Assembly (NCBI RefSeq): GCF_001194135.2
Contig: NC_068983.1
Location: forward strand, 129,874,117-129,935,156
Source of the DNA: Octopus bimaculoides
Lineage: Eukaryota
Reading direction: 5' to 3'
Length of the DNA: 61,040 nt
The notes below the pieces were generated by a model. It was not told the DNA's origin, searched no databases, and saw nothing but the letters and a program-made list of their open reading frames with translations. Position 1 is the first letter of the stretch, and the number at the start of each line of letters is the position of its first letter. A program made the translations under genes and the position numbers. Shown piece after piece: positions 1 through 13,112 of the stretch.

Positions 1-54
1 ATATATATATATATATATATACATACATATACATATACATATATACATAAAACA

Positions 55-341
55 TGCATACCCACCGCCTTTTAGTTGAAGAATTCGACCACGGCACTTA
101 TTCTTTGTGACCCTGGAGCTTATTCCATCGATAAGTTCTGTGGAACCACTAAGTTATGGGGACGTAAACCCACCAACATCGTTTTCTAAGCGATGATTGG
201 GCGGAAGGGACACAGACAAACACACACTCATAAATATACATATATCCAATCCACTGACATGCCTTTGGCCAACAAGGCGATAGTACAAATGGGACTGAAC
301 TCGGAAGAAAATCATTGAGAAGCAAACAGCCACGCCCGCGC
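55..341 (-). mobile_element. Degenerate tRNA-derived SINE (Octopus OR/CORE-like)
   Basis: The minus strand carries a decayed tRNA-like head (revcomp of gggactgaactcgg...cagccacgcccgcgc), an internal CA/TA tract and the body taagttatggggacgtaaacccaccaacatcg. This resembles an abundant octopus SINE as I recall it; family assignment is unverified. Confidence 0.55.
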
Positions 342-345
342 TTAT

Positions 346-434
346 TTATATATACATATACATACATATATACATATATACATACATATATAAATATATG
401 TATATATATATATATATATTTATGTATACATATA

Positions 435-466
<32 letters not shown>

Positions 467-1202
467 CATAAATAAACATATGCATATATATATATATATA
501 TATATATNNNNNNNNNNNNNNNNNNNNNNNNNNNNNNNNNNNNNNNNNNNNNNNNNNNNNNNNNNNNNNNNNNNNNNNNNNNNNNNNNNNNNNNNNNNNN
601 NNNNNNNNNNNNNNNNNNNNNNNNNNNNNNNNNNNNNNNNNNNNNNNNNNNNNNNNNNNNNNNNNNNNNNNNNNNNNNNNNNNNNNNNNNNNNNNNNNNN
701 NNNNNNNNNNNNNNNNNNNNNNNNNNNNNNNNNNNNNNNNNNNNNNNNNNNNNNNNNNNNNNNNNNNNNNNNNNNNNNNNNNNNNNNNNNNNNNNNNNNN
801 NNNNNNNNNNNNNNNNNNNNNNNNNNNNNNNNNNNNNNNNNNNNNNNNNNNNNNNNNNNNNNNNNNNNNNNNNNNNNNNNNNNNNNNNNNNNNNNNNNNN
901 NNNNNNNNNNNNNNNNNNNNNNNNNNNNNNNNNNNNNNNNNNNNNNNNNNNNNNNNNNNNNNNNNNNNNNNNNNNNNNNNNNNNNNNNNNNNNNNNNNNN
1001 NNNNNNNNNNNNNNNNNNNNNNNNNNNNNNNNNNNNNNNNNNNNNNNNNNNNNNNNNNNNNNNNNNNNNNNNNNNNNNNNNNNNNNNNNNNNNNNNNNNN
1101 NNNNNNNNNNNNNNNNNNNNNNNNNNNNNNNNNNNNNNNNNNNNNNNNNNNNNNNNNNNNNNNNNNNNNNNNNNNNNNNNNNNNNNNNNNNNNNNNNNNN
1201 NN

Positions 1203-1278
<76 letters not shown>
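346..1278. repeat. (TA)n/(TACA)n microsatellite, assembly gap and (GA)n
   Basis: Directly visible; N-run 508-1202. Confidence 0.95.
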
Positions 1279-1280
<2 letters not shown>

Positions 1281-2606
1281 CAGACAGATAGGCAGAGACA
1301 AACGCATACTCACACTCATTCTCACTCGCGCCCACCAAATCAACTCGTAGTACCTGTTTGTTTGTTGGATAAATCAAATGCTTGAAATCTTATTGAAATA
1401 GCAGGTATGAAATGCCTCAATTACTCGAGACAAATTACATAACTGTTAATTTTTCTCTATATTTATGTGAGATGTTCATCAATCATATATAAAATTATAT
1501 ATTTCTACATGAAATGTTTGTGGTGAAACGAGAATTTGTTACAACAGTGTATAGAATATTTAACTTGATAATAGAAAAGGAAACTATAGATAAGAACACC
1601 AACAAAAATAAACATGCAAAGTGCAAGGCAGTGCTCCTTACACATATATTTAATTTTAAAGTACATCTTACTGACAATGATGTAAAAATGACTTGATTAT
1701 ACTGGTGATGTATAAATTAGTGGGTATTTGGTTGCTCTCGTAGAGGATATTTTTCTGGATGAGTAATTGAGTAACAGATAATTTCTGCTTAAAAGAATTA
1801 TCATAAAGATGTTAAAAATTATAGGATAGTATTTCAAATCGTTAAGTTAACTTATGAGATTAATTGCAGGATGAGTGCTGTTAAGGTAACCATACGTTTT
1901 GTATGTCTGTATCAAAGTAGTGCATATTATCAACAATATTGTATTTAGAATTTCTACGAAACAAAATTTGGTGTGCAAGGTCAAGTAACGTTTCGAATTA
2001 CCAGAATATACTAACAAAAAACAAATGCAGTGCATAGGATAAAGTGAATATTATTCTAAAAGTACCTTATTATTTGCTTCAAAACTATGCGTGCATAAAA
2101 ATAAATATAGAGGAAGTAAACTTGTAAATATGGAGTACGCTGTTCACAATGCAAGTTTACAGGCAACCATTATCTGCAGATTATTATTAAGGATTCAATG
2201 AAAACATGTACGCCTATAATACTATACGGTTAAAATTATCTGATCCTTAACGAGAAGCCGATTTGATGAGAGTAAATGCCGAATGCGATTTCAACACCAG
2301 TAGTTTCACGCGTCGCTACTGCAGAAATGAGGTAAAGTTTAATGCAGAAGCCCAAAATTACTATTTGGTGCATCGTCAATATATTATATTGTAGGCTATA
2401 TATGTAGAAGTATTTTTACATTACCACAAGCAAACACAGAAAGAAGTAGGTATACACACGAACATATACACATAGTATTATTGTTTTGCTTTGGCTCAGT
2501 TTCACTCTTATTCTTGGTACATTTTATATGGGTAGCGTCTTACTACGTGAAAACATAAGTATTCATAAATGTTCAGCCGTCTTTCAAGTGCTTATCATTA
2601 TTAAAA

Positions 2607-2647
2607 TTATTATTATTATTATTATTATTGACAGAGAAAGAGAGAGA

Positions 2648-2714
<67 letters not shown>
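2607..2714. repeat. Compound (ATT)n-(GT)n-(AG)n microsatellite
   Basis: Directly visible. Confidence 0.95.
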
Positions 2715-2715
<1 letters not shown>

Positions 2716-3232
2716 AGCGCATGCCATCAAAATGAACTGGGGTAAAATATATGAATCGTGGTATACCCATAATGACGATACATCTGATAGCGGTATACCA
2801 GGGACATGCATCACAACCATATGTACGCCACATAATGATCTCATATCAAGATAAACAGTGCTTGACCTGGACCCTAGTTATAATTTTCTTCAGATCGAGT
2901 AGCTCATTCTACTGAAAAGGTCCCTCAATAAGGGTTGTTTAAGGATGTTAAACGTAGCACCAATGTTTCCAATGGTGAATTATCCAAATCCCAAGGAATT
3001 CCTCTCAACACATGGCTATGATGCTCCCCAATACATATGTTCGTGATCAGAGATACGCATATCGTCAGCCAGCAAGGAGCACGCTCAAGTAGTTAAGGTC
3101 AAACAACTGACTAGCAAATCTGGGGGATTGAGCAGAATATTTGCTGTAGCCCATCATTTATACCAAGACAAAACAGTGTACATCAGTTAAGATCAGAAGC
3201 CATGAAAGCCACTGCCTGGTGCTCCATCAGGG
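2716..3232 (+). mobile_element. Interspersed SINE-like/non-autonomous repeat
   Basis: A GC-richer 520-bp block bounded by (AG)n and (ATC)n/(ATT)n. It resembles a high-copy octopus repeat as recalled (catgccatcaaa...catcagggc). No coding motif recognised. Confidence 0.4.
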
Positions 3233-3235
3233 CAA

Positions 3236-3251
3236 TCATCATCGTCATCAA

Positions 3252-3302
<51 letters not shown>

Positions 3303-3320
3303 TATTATTATTATTATTAT
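3236..3320. repeat. (ATC)n-(ATT)n microsatellite
   Basis: Directly visible; forms the (AAT)n tail of the adjacent minus-strand element. Confidence 0.95.
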
Positions 3321-5200
3321 TCAGTAGTTTTATTTTTATAACGTGCTTTCACTTCACTACCGAGTGCAGCTCTGTGTGCCTTGGGCATGTGCTGTGGGAA
3401 TTTTCATCATTTCTGTAGATATTTCTATGACTTCTTGAACTTCTAAATTTCTTCATCTATTATGGAATTCATGCAGTCGCACAGCTTCGTCATTATGCTC
3501 TACAGGTTGGCCCGAGATCCCTCTTCAGATTGCCCCACTTCCCTCTTCATCTGGTATCATTGTTACGTGTATACTCCCATTTAGTTTCTGAAAAAGTGTC
3601 TAGATTTGTTTCAAACAATCCGTTCTACCTGGACGCATTTTCTTTTGTAATATCATTCCAGTTTTGCTTTGATTGTCACTATTCTTTGTTTAAGTTCTTC
3701 CAATATCACATCATAAGCATAATCTCTTATTCTATATGCTCTTTCCAACATTATTCTTATGCTTTCGTTCAGCAATTCCCCTCGACTCAACCTATCAATC
3801 TGTCGTAAATGTTTTTTTTTTTTATCTTTCTTTGTTTCTAAAAGTTCGTCTACGCCAGAATGGTTCTTTACGTTATGTCTGTTCTATTCTTTTTTATCGA
3901 ACTCTAACTGCAGCACTAATACCTGCATCCCAAATTATAGTGTTATTTTCAGTTATATTTCTCAGCCCAAGGACCGAATCTATCTTTTCGGTTTCAGATT
4001 TGAACATGCGTCGATCAATGTATCTCCCGTTGGTGGGTGCTTGATCCAGGTCTTCTCTAATATATCAGCAAAGAGGCCTCACTATATTTTCCTGGTCATC
4101 ATCGTGTTTTTGTGATATAGTTATTGCTATTTATTCTGTTTCATTTGCTGAAAATACATTTACATTTAACTTTGCTCTACTTCTTCACTGTATGGTCTAC
4201 TTACTTTTTATTTCTTCTGTTTCCATATTTGTTACCCACACTTTTGCTCTTATTACCCCTGCCTGGTCGGCTGACCGTTGTTTAGTTGATTTGATGGAGT
4301 CCTATCTCATTTCATTTTGCTTTCCTTCGTTGTCGGAATCCCCTTCTGCTGGGTTCACTCCTGGTCCCGCATTCATGTACCTTTCGATTTACCTCCTCAT
4401 CTGAGTTTCTTCACTGCCTTGTGTACAAACAGTGTGTGGTTTACGACCGGGCCTGCGCTGCTCGGTCACTGGGCACCTGTCTGGCGAAAGGTATTCGTCC
4501 TTAAATCCGTCCTCATTCAAACCATTATTTGATACATTTGTATGAGGCATTTTCACTCAACGTTGAGGTGTGTGTTTTAAGTCTAACAACCAACCGGCAT
4601 TTTTATCGAGACACCTTCTCTAGTAAGACTGATCATCAAGATAGCAGAGCTATTACTGTCCATAAGTTGGGTCTGTTCCATTCGTATTTCTGTGTGTAAG
4701 GCACCTTGATCATAACTCTCACCAAGAGTCAGGTGAGCCTATTGTTACTGTATCTATCTATCCAAATATTACTCCGGGGTTGGGTACCGATTCGTGTTTC
4801 ATTCGCCTTCATCCCAGGCATGGAGCCGTTGAACACTAACAGTCACTTTGTCACCATTGTACATAAAACAATCTTATCTACCCTAGTTTTAAATCAGTGT
4901 TGCTTTTTCGAGATAGACAGCAAACCAAGGTGAATCCGTTCTGTCTACCCGTTTTCGGAATGGCCATTGACTCTCCTGAATTCATCTGCCCTTTGTTGAA
5001 CATTGATTTTAGTCCCGCAGGGTGTCGAAAATCCACCCTCTTCACGATGCAGGCTTAGTAGGGTTCCCAGTTTAGTCCACGGCATATTGACGGTTTCCCA
5101 ACGTCACTTGTTAATCTTCTGGGTTATTATGTACTTGCTCACTACTATAGTCTTCCAAGTAAAACTGTACTTATATTATTACTTTAAGTCCTAGGGGGCT
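3321..5200 (-). mobile_element. R4/Dong-like non-LTR retrotransposon: 5' UTR plus pre-RT ORF region, no RT or RLE
   Basis: Minus translation gives EPFWRRR...LRQIDRLSRGELL...VILEELKQRIVTIKAKLE...GQPVEHNDEA, the region that precedes the RT in R4-clade ORFs. Many stops and frameshifts. It ends in about 80 bp of non-coding sequence and (AAT)n. Confidence 0.7.
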
Positions 5201-5934
5201 GAAAGCAATAATTTCTTTAGACAACAAATCATGACAGATTTACGGCTATTGGTTTAGCTACTGCTGATGCTGAGGTGGTACATAGAAGAGCGTACTTGTG
5301 GGCGATGGATTTGGGATGGGATTGTTGAGCGTAGCGTCGACAAATTGGAATTAGCAAAGATAAAGGTATAGAAATGTATAAGCAATATCTAAAATGTTTT
5401 GTAAAAGACATATAGTCGTCTATCTATACAGTCACATCGTAGTTAACTTCCCAAAGTTTTAGCAAATATAGAATGTATTAGAAAAGGCTTACAGATTTTG
5501 GTGAGAGAGCTGTTAAAAGGCCATTCTATTGTGTGAATGCTTACAGCAGCACAAAGAACCCATTGGAAGACGAGGAGGAGCGAGAGAGCGGGTTGTGAGG
5601 ACGAAGAAGAAACAGTCAGGTAAGCGCACGAAAATACCGGTGATGGGGCGAATTTATCTATAGAAATCTAGATTTTGTGGGAGAACCTAGCATGGCCAAG
5701 ATACAGGAAACGAATGAAGTTTCTGAGAGGAACGTCTACAATCTGGAGTTAGCATACCTACGGTCTAGATCTTTGAGACGCGCGTCGACGAGTTCGAACT
5801 AGCATAGTTAAAGGTATAGAAATTTACAGACAACATCATAAAACTTTTTAAAATTTTATAAAATTACATCTTGATATAAAGTTCTCAAAGTTTTAGCAAA
5901 CAGAAATAAAAAATGGCTTGCACATATTTGGGAA

Positions 5935-5996
5935 GAGCTGTTATCATTATTGTTGTTGTTGTTGTTTTCTTTCTCTTGTTGTCTTTATTGTTGTTG

Positions 5997-6042
<46 letters not shown>

Positions 6043-6085
6043 GTTGTTGTTGTTGTTGTTGTTGCTGCTGCTGCTGTTGTCCTTG
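5935..6085. repeat. (GTT)n/(ATT)n/(GCT)n microsatellite
   Basis: Directly visible; abuts the 3' end of the next element. Confidence 0.9.
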
Positions 6086-6089
6086 TCAT

Positions 6090-7400
6090 TGTTGTTATAT
6101 AAAAATCCACAGCTTATTTTCCTGGGTATGATAGAATGTCTCAGCTGTCCTCATCCAGCAGACTAAGGTGACACTTGTTAATTGGTCAGGTTTCATGTAC
6201 TCTGCGGAGAATTCTTACAGTTCCAATCAATGCTGATTTGTCTATGTGTTCTAGCTTCACACTTGTACCAATCTCTGTCAGTCTTGTTGATAGCTGAGTG
6301 CTAATATTTTAATACTGCATCAATTACTAATGGTATCTCGTCTCCTCTCTATATTGGCCTCAACCTTCGTTAATAGTTGTGTATTTTTTTATTTCTTTCA
6401 CATGGATCCTGTTTTTACCGAAGCATGCTCTATCGTTTATCATACATGTTCTTCCTTTTTTATTAACCACAACAATGTCAGGTCTCCGATTTCTGGTCTG
6501 GTGATTTCACTGGATCATTGCATCCCACAGAATTTGAAATTCTCATTTTCGGTGACTCTTTCTCAACGTCTTTTGTATTCGCGTTCTGCCAATTTCGAGC
6601 ATTCGCTAACGATGTGCCATATTGTTCACCCCTCTCACCATACACTCTGCATTTGCCGCCAACGGTAATGCTGTCTCTTCTCCTTTTCATATAGTTTGTC
6701 CTTTACTCTTGTTCGTGAGCTACGCATAGGAGTGCTTCTGTCTGTATATTCAGGTTACTCTTCCATATCCATAGCCACTGGTTCTCTGTATTCTTCTTCT
6801 TGTTTATATATCTTGCAAACTGACCGTACATTGTTTCCTTCAATGCTTTTTTTCCCCTTTTTTGTTGTTCATTACTTGCTCAATTTTTTCTTTCGTTACA
6901 CAATTCTCAGTTTTGATGATGCCGGCTTTCTTCGTGTATTTCAATATGGTTTCATGGTATTTTTTATATGCTAGCCTAGGCTGTTTTCTTCTGCTTCGAT
7001 ACAGTCCTTGCAACTGATTAAACCTCTCCCAGCCTTCCTTCCAAACAAGTACAACCTATCGGTGGCACACTTAGGGTGGAAGTCTCCATGTACTGTCAAA
7101 AAGTTTCTAGCCTTGGTATCCATTTTATAGTTCCCTCTCCATACCAAAAGTGATGCTATCACCCACGTATCATCTGCTTCGATTTTATTCCATCCAGTCA
7201 ATTTTGAATGCATCACCAACCCCTGTCTTCGCAAATAATACACCCTCAGATGCTCTTTCATTTTCTGTTGTTTTATCTCGTTGAACTCCAGTACATCAAG
7301 TTACTTGTAGCCTTCCGTTTCAATTTCTTTAATCAAGAATTTTATGCATGCTAGGAAATGTACTTTGCCTCTTTTTAGGGAGATTATTCTGCAGTTCTTG
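6090..7400 (-). mobile_element. R4/Dong-like retrotransposon, 3' part (thumb, CCHC finger, RLE), degenerate
   Basis: ORF 6971-7261 reads FHPKCATDRLYLFGRKAGRGLISCKDCIE. Downstream are CRVYGERGE (zinc knuckle remnant), ENENFKILWD...RRPDIVV (frameshifted RLE) and KSALIGTVRILRRV* (typical C-terminus). Confidence 0.85.
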
Positions 7401-7836
7401 TTTTTCGTTAGATTCAGATTAAGTTAAAACGCTTCTCCTTCCTTGTTGCTTTAATCTTAAATTTCTTAAACATACTTTATTCCTTCATAGTCATATGGAA
7501 ATCAGCTATCTGAAACTCACTGACTGTTACAATGCTGAACATATTGTTGAAAGCATTTGTGTATCTATCTCTATGCCCCTCTGTCTTTTTATCACCACCC
7601 ACTCTCTATGTATCTTTGTCTTTCTCAATCCCTCTATCCCTTTCTCCACTACGAATTCAAACATTAGGCTAGTTTCTAGTTAGATTCAGATTAATTTCAA
7701 ACGCTTCTCCTTCCATCTTTGGTTAAATGTTAAATGTATGGGTGGCGGTGAGGATAGGGGCAGTAGGCACCTTTTCTCAACGTGACATGACCGTCCTACC
7801 CATCTCCATGTCATCTTCCCTGATGTCCAATAGCTA

Positions 7837-9029
7837 TTAGATCGTCAAGTATGTAATTTGAAGAGCAGAAAAAAATGTTTGCTAATGTTTTATAAATACA
7901 AGAAATAGTTTTATTCATCAAAGTATGCACCCATATTGTCCATACACCTCTATCAATTCAGCCGTAGCTTGTACAACTTCAAACTATAAAAGCTTGGCAA
8001 TCTAGAGTCAATATAATCTTGGAAAGTCTGTTTTACAGCATTGTCGGAATTAATTTTTTTTCTTAGAAAATATCCAAATTCTGGAAAAAGTGATAGTCAG
8101 TGGGGAAAATATCTGGTGAGTATGGTGGATGATGGAAAACTTCCAACTCCATCTCTTGTAGTTTCGCCAATATCATTGTTTACGATTGTGGTCTGGCTTT
8201 TTTCTGCAATAAAATAGGGTCTGCTGACTAATCTAGGCTGATTTTCTGTAGGTTTCTGCATCATTTGGTCGACGTGGCTGTAGTATATTTCATTCGTGAT
8301 TAGCCGGGTTTAATGAAATCCTAATTGGTCACACCTGTGCCAGGGCACCAAACAATCACCATCAGCTTCTTTTGATGAATTTTGCTTTTTGGACTGTTTT
8401 GGTGGCTCGTCTTTGTCCACACATTGTACTGAACGCTTACGGTTGTTGTTTTGGATACATTTCTCATCACATGTTACAATTCGATTCAAAAATAATTCAT
8501 CTTTGGTACGCGAAAGTCGCATAATACAGTCTTTGAAACGTTGCTGTTTCTAATTTTCATTGAGTTCATATGAAACCCACTTATCCGGCTTTTTCGCTTT
8601 CCAGATTTGAACTAGGTGAGTCAATATGGTTTGCTTGCTAATACCAAACAACAACCATAATTCACGGGCACTTTATTTTTGGCGGACGGCGTTGCTCATT
8701 TATGAGGTCAAAGTTACCAGAACGAAATTTTGCAGACGAATTTGATACTGTTTGCTGTGTAATATCATCAGAATGAAATACTCCATTATTATTAAGAGCT
8801 GTCTGTGATGCCGTATTTCCAAGAAAGAACCCATATTTCAAAGCTGTATGAATTACCGACTTATCCATCTGTAAACAAAAATAGCAAAAAACGATTTTTA
8901 AATAATTTATAGATGTGTCAGCTTTCTAACAAAAAAATAAAGATTGTCAAAATATAATAATGGCGCAAAATGAGCAGCTTTCAAAATTTACCATATACAT
9001 TGCTACAAATTTCATACTTGATGACCTAA
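7837..9029 (-). mobile_element. Full-length decayed mariner (Tc1/mariner) DNA transposon
   Basis: TIRs are ttagatcgtcaagtatgtaatttg (7837-7860) and caaatttcatacttgatgacctaa (9006-9029), flanked by TA. Transposase remnants: MDKSVIHTALKYGF...AKFRSGNFDL (HTH), WVSYEL, FLNRIVTCDEK (first D) and HPPYSPDIFPTDYHFF (third D). The second D has mutated (LQKKARP). Confidence 0.92.
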
Positions 9030-9191
9030 TATATATGTCACTTCCGTGTTTACAACCACTCGTAAGCAGTCTTCCTAATCTCCCTCTCAATATGATTGTA
9101 TTATACTTAACTTGCTGTGATAAATTGCTTCATTCCCTTCCTAGTTGTTCTTCCATTTCGTTTCCTTTTATTTATTGTTTCTACCTCTCAC

Positions 9192-9239
<48 letters not shown>

Positions 9240-9249
9240 ATTTCTTTTT

Positions 9250-10540
9250 TCCTTTCTTTCAATGCCGGGGTGGGGAGTGGATTTGGGTACCCATCACTTA
9301 TAAAATGCCTGAAAGGCTTGTGCATGAATATGTCTTCTGACAGTCTAGTCGGACACCTTCGCCAAACTAGCAATAGCAGAGTGGGAAAAGGCAAGTATAT
9401 GGCATCTTCAAATAACCAGTGCTCCGCTAGGCTGTACTCGTTAACCTTGGATATTTAAAAGGAAAAGAGAAGGACTACTCTCAGTTCAAAACCAGGGGAG
9501 TAAGGCTCCTGCCACCTCGGCGAACAACCTTGATCGAGATGGTCTCTCGATAAAAATACCGTTTGGCATTAACCTAAAAACTCACCTGATTTGTGCGTGA
9601 CAATGCAAAACAAAATAGATGACGACAATAGTGTGAACAGGACTGGAACCAATGGTGAATATGCCTCACCCGGCAGGTGTCCCAGTGTGCAGTAGGGTGG
9701 GCCCGCGCATAAGCCAGCAACAACTATGCATACTACATGACATATGTGGAGTAAGCAATATGCGTGGTGGTTATGTATTGTTAGTACCGGAGCACGCAAG
9801 TGGATGTTAATGATATGGCTGTCCGAGGGTAGAGAAAACGAATACACAGTGAATGGAAATTACTGAACAGAGATTGTGTGACCGAGTAAGAGGAATGCTA
9901 ACGAATGGATGGTTAACAGATTTGGAGCAACTAGGTATTACAAATAAAAAGGATATCGGGTGATGCTGGGCTTGGGAGTAATGAAAGTTGAATAGTGCAA
10001 GAAATGGACAATTCTTCGCAATAATACAATACCGTGAATCGGAAAAAAATTGAGAGAAGTAATTACTCAAACAATGAAGATCGATTAGTAATAGACAGAA
10101 TTTTAGATCTCTTAAATACAGATGGGACATAATTTATGTGCGACTTTAAGAAAGCTGACCAAAGGAGATTAAATGAAGGGCCGAGTAACATCAATGATGT
10201 ATTGAGACACATTGAAAGTAAGAAAATCACACAAGCAAATTATCTTATCAATGCTGCTCGTAGGATTGTGAAGGAAAGGACGGGATTGAGAGCTACTGAG
10301 AATAGAGCAGCGACGGATATGACAGGGAATAAACAAACGTGGTGGGAAAGGAGAATTTCTGAAAGTATAAAGTCCTTAAACTGTGTAGTGTCAATACATG
10401 TCAGGAATACAAATGGGGAACTTAAGAATAAATAGAAATTCGAAATAGTTAGAAGTGGTATAGTGTAGATACAAAAGTCCTGAATGCTGTAATTGAAGAA
10501 CTGAAGCAGCTCATACATGCAAGAAAAAGGCAAAACGTTC
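9250..10540 (+). mobile_element. R4/Dong-like retrotransposon, 5' UTR and N-terminal ORF fragment
   Basis: Translation gives MEITEQRLCDRVRGMLTNGWLTDLEQL, then ORF 10136-10435 (...KQTWWERRISESIKSL...) and NAVIEELKQLIHARK. The UTR shares a motif with the 4593 and 52601 copies. Confidence 0.75.
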
Positions 10541-12090
10541 TAGGTTTAAATAACTGGGAGGGAGCACCACATAGATTAACATGAAACCGTTGTGTTATAT
10601 CACTGAACTGACTTGTGCTACCACATCAGACTGGATGCTTTGATGTGGCAATAACAACATACAACCCAATAGATTACATTACATACTCAAGTTTGTGAAT
10701 ACATACTGGGTGTCAAATGTCTGAGAGACAAAGATCCTGTAGTGGAATAATTGGCTACGTCTATTGCATGGATTGAATTTTGTTTTAGCTTCCTCTGTCA
10801 CATTTTATAATATTAAAATATGTTTTCGATGCAGCTAAGAATAATACATCTATTACATTCATATGAACGATCTTCCTATAACGTAGTAGGTGTGGGGCAA
10901 ATGTATACGATCCGCTTTTTTTACACGAAAGGTATTTTACCTACAATAGTTTTAATTAGTATATTAATTGTTGATGACGTTAGCGCTACATCGCGCTGTG
11001 CATGCAATTAAGCAATTGCCATACCTTTTATTTTACAGAATAAACAAACAATCGATTTTTACAATGGATAATTTAAACATATATTAACATTACTGAAGTT
11101 TTGATGTTATATATATATGTAATGTTAGAACAACTAGAAGCGTTCCTTTCAGCGGCTACAAATCATTTTTGTAGTTTCAACTTTACCCAGTATTGCACTA
11201 TAAATTACGTACTTTATACAGATGAAATACTGAAACCACAAAAAATGTTTTTTATGCTGGTTCTTGACTTTCTATTGATAAAGTGTCTTATAGCAATCCT
11301 CTCAGCATTAAATTGCTGTAGAATTATTTATGTAAACATTCAAAAGAACATTTACAATATCTAATTCCTCAACAGAAATAAAGAAAAAGGAAACATTTCA
11401 TTTCCTAGGTACATTTGTTTTTTCATGATTCCTGATCAAGATAGAATTCTGCCAACGACAGGATCAAATTAGCAGCTGTATTATTAAATTAAAGAAATCA
11501 TTAGGATATATTGTTTATAAATGTGAATGCATTCGTTAACGATTTGAAACATACGAGCGTTCATCAATAGAATCATTGAATTAGTCTAAAAGCCAAATAT
11601 ATCACATAATATTTAATTCTAAAAACCTAACACGGCTCATTTTTAAGTGATTATAGATGCGTCATTTAAATTATCCACAGGAAATCAACTTTGTGACGTT
11701 TTGGATGACAAAGTTTGATTTTTGTTTACTTTGCACTAGTTTCAATGTTTTGTTCATTAATACAAATTAAGTTTAATTTCAGAGAACAAATGATGCACTA
11801 ATGGGCACATACACAAGCATACATAGATAGAAAACTTACACACATGCATACATATATGTATTCACTCGAATAAGTTTCTCGATTACTAACGAAGAACAAT
11901 AATATTGATTAAATGTAGAAAATTAAATTTCTTTATAAGAAGCTTGAGAATTATTTGCGTCATTCGAGTACACATACACACATACGCACACTCACAGGCA
12001 CGAAAACAAGTATTGACACATTTAAATAACGATGTAGGTGTGTTTTGCTCATAACGTCAAGTTTTGTGCGTTGGTTATGTCCTCAATTTC

Positions 12091-12235
12091 GTAAACGCAT
12101 TTTGACGCATTCTCTCTGTCTCTCTCTCTGTCTCTCTCTCTCCCTCTCTCTCTCTCTCTCGCTCTCTCTCTCCCTCTCTCATTCTCTCACATCTATAGCT
12201 ATCCTTTAGATGGCTTTTATACATCTAAATTATAT

Positions 12236-12279
<44 letters not shown>

Positions 12280-12538
12280 NNNNNNNNNNNNNNNNNNNNN
12301 NNNNNNNNNNNNNNNNNNNNNNNNNNNNNNNNNNNNNNNNNNNNNNNNNNNNNNNNNNNNNNNNNNNNNNNNNNNNNNNNNNNNNNNNNNNNNNNNNNNN
12401 NNNNNNNNNNNNNNNNNNNNNNNNNNNNNNNNNNNNNNNNNNNNNNNNNNNNNNNNNNNNNNNNNNNNNNNNNNNNNNNNNNNNNNNNNNNNNNNNNNNN
12501 NATATATAAAGGATAGCTATAGATGTGAGAGAATGAGA

Positions 12539-12614
<76 letters not shown>

Positions 12615-12638
12615 GAGAATGCGTCAAAATGCGTTTAC
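12091..12638. repeat. Inverted repeat (arms about 120-130 bp containing CT/GA tracts) around a (TA)n gap
   Basis: 12091-12208 is the reverse complement of 12507-12638 (gtaaacgcattttgacgcattctctctg...cattctctcacatctatagctatccttta). Confidence 0.8.
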
Positions 12639-12844
12639 TAAACATTCCGTATTAGTGTGACTATGATTATACATATACATAGAATATTGTCATGGTGATG
12701 CATACTGTGTGGCCCACGCAGAGTTTCAAAAAGGGTACAGAAGGGAGTGTATGAGCTGCACACAGACATACACACACGCACAAACACGCATGCACACACA
12801 CAAACACACACACATACACATATACATACATGTATGTATATATA

Positions 12845-13081
12845 TGTGTCCAGGATTTGTGACGTCCTGTACCCATATATACATGTATATATACATATAT
12901 ACATGTATATATACATATATAATAGGTATGTACATATACTTATGTATANNNNNNNNNNNNNNNNNNNNNNNNNNNNNNNNNNNNNNNNNNNNNNNNNNNN
13001 NNNNNNNNNNNNNNNNNNNNNNNNNNNNNNNNNNNNNNNNNNNNNNNNNNNNNNNNNNNNNNNNNNNNNNNNNNNNNNNNN

Positions 13082-13112
<31 letters not shown>

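Noticed and set aside
7406-7735. About 50-bp direct duplication (gttagattcagattaa...aaacgcttctccttcc at about 7407 and 7679)
   Set aside because: Real but short, with no TSD or element structure; probably a local duplication.
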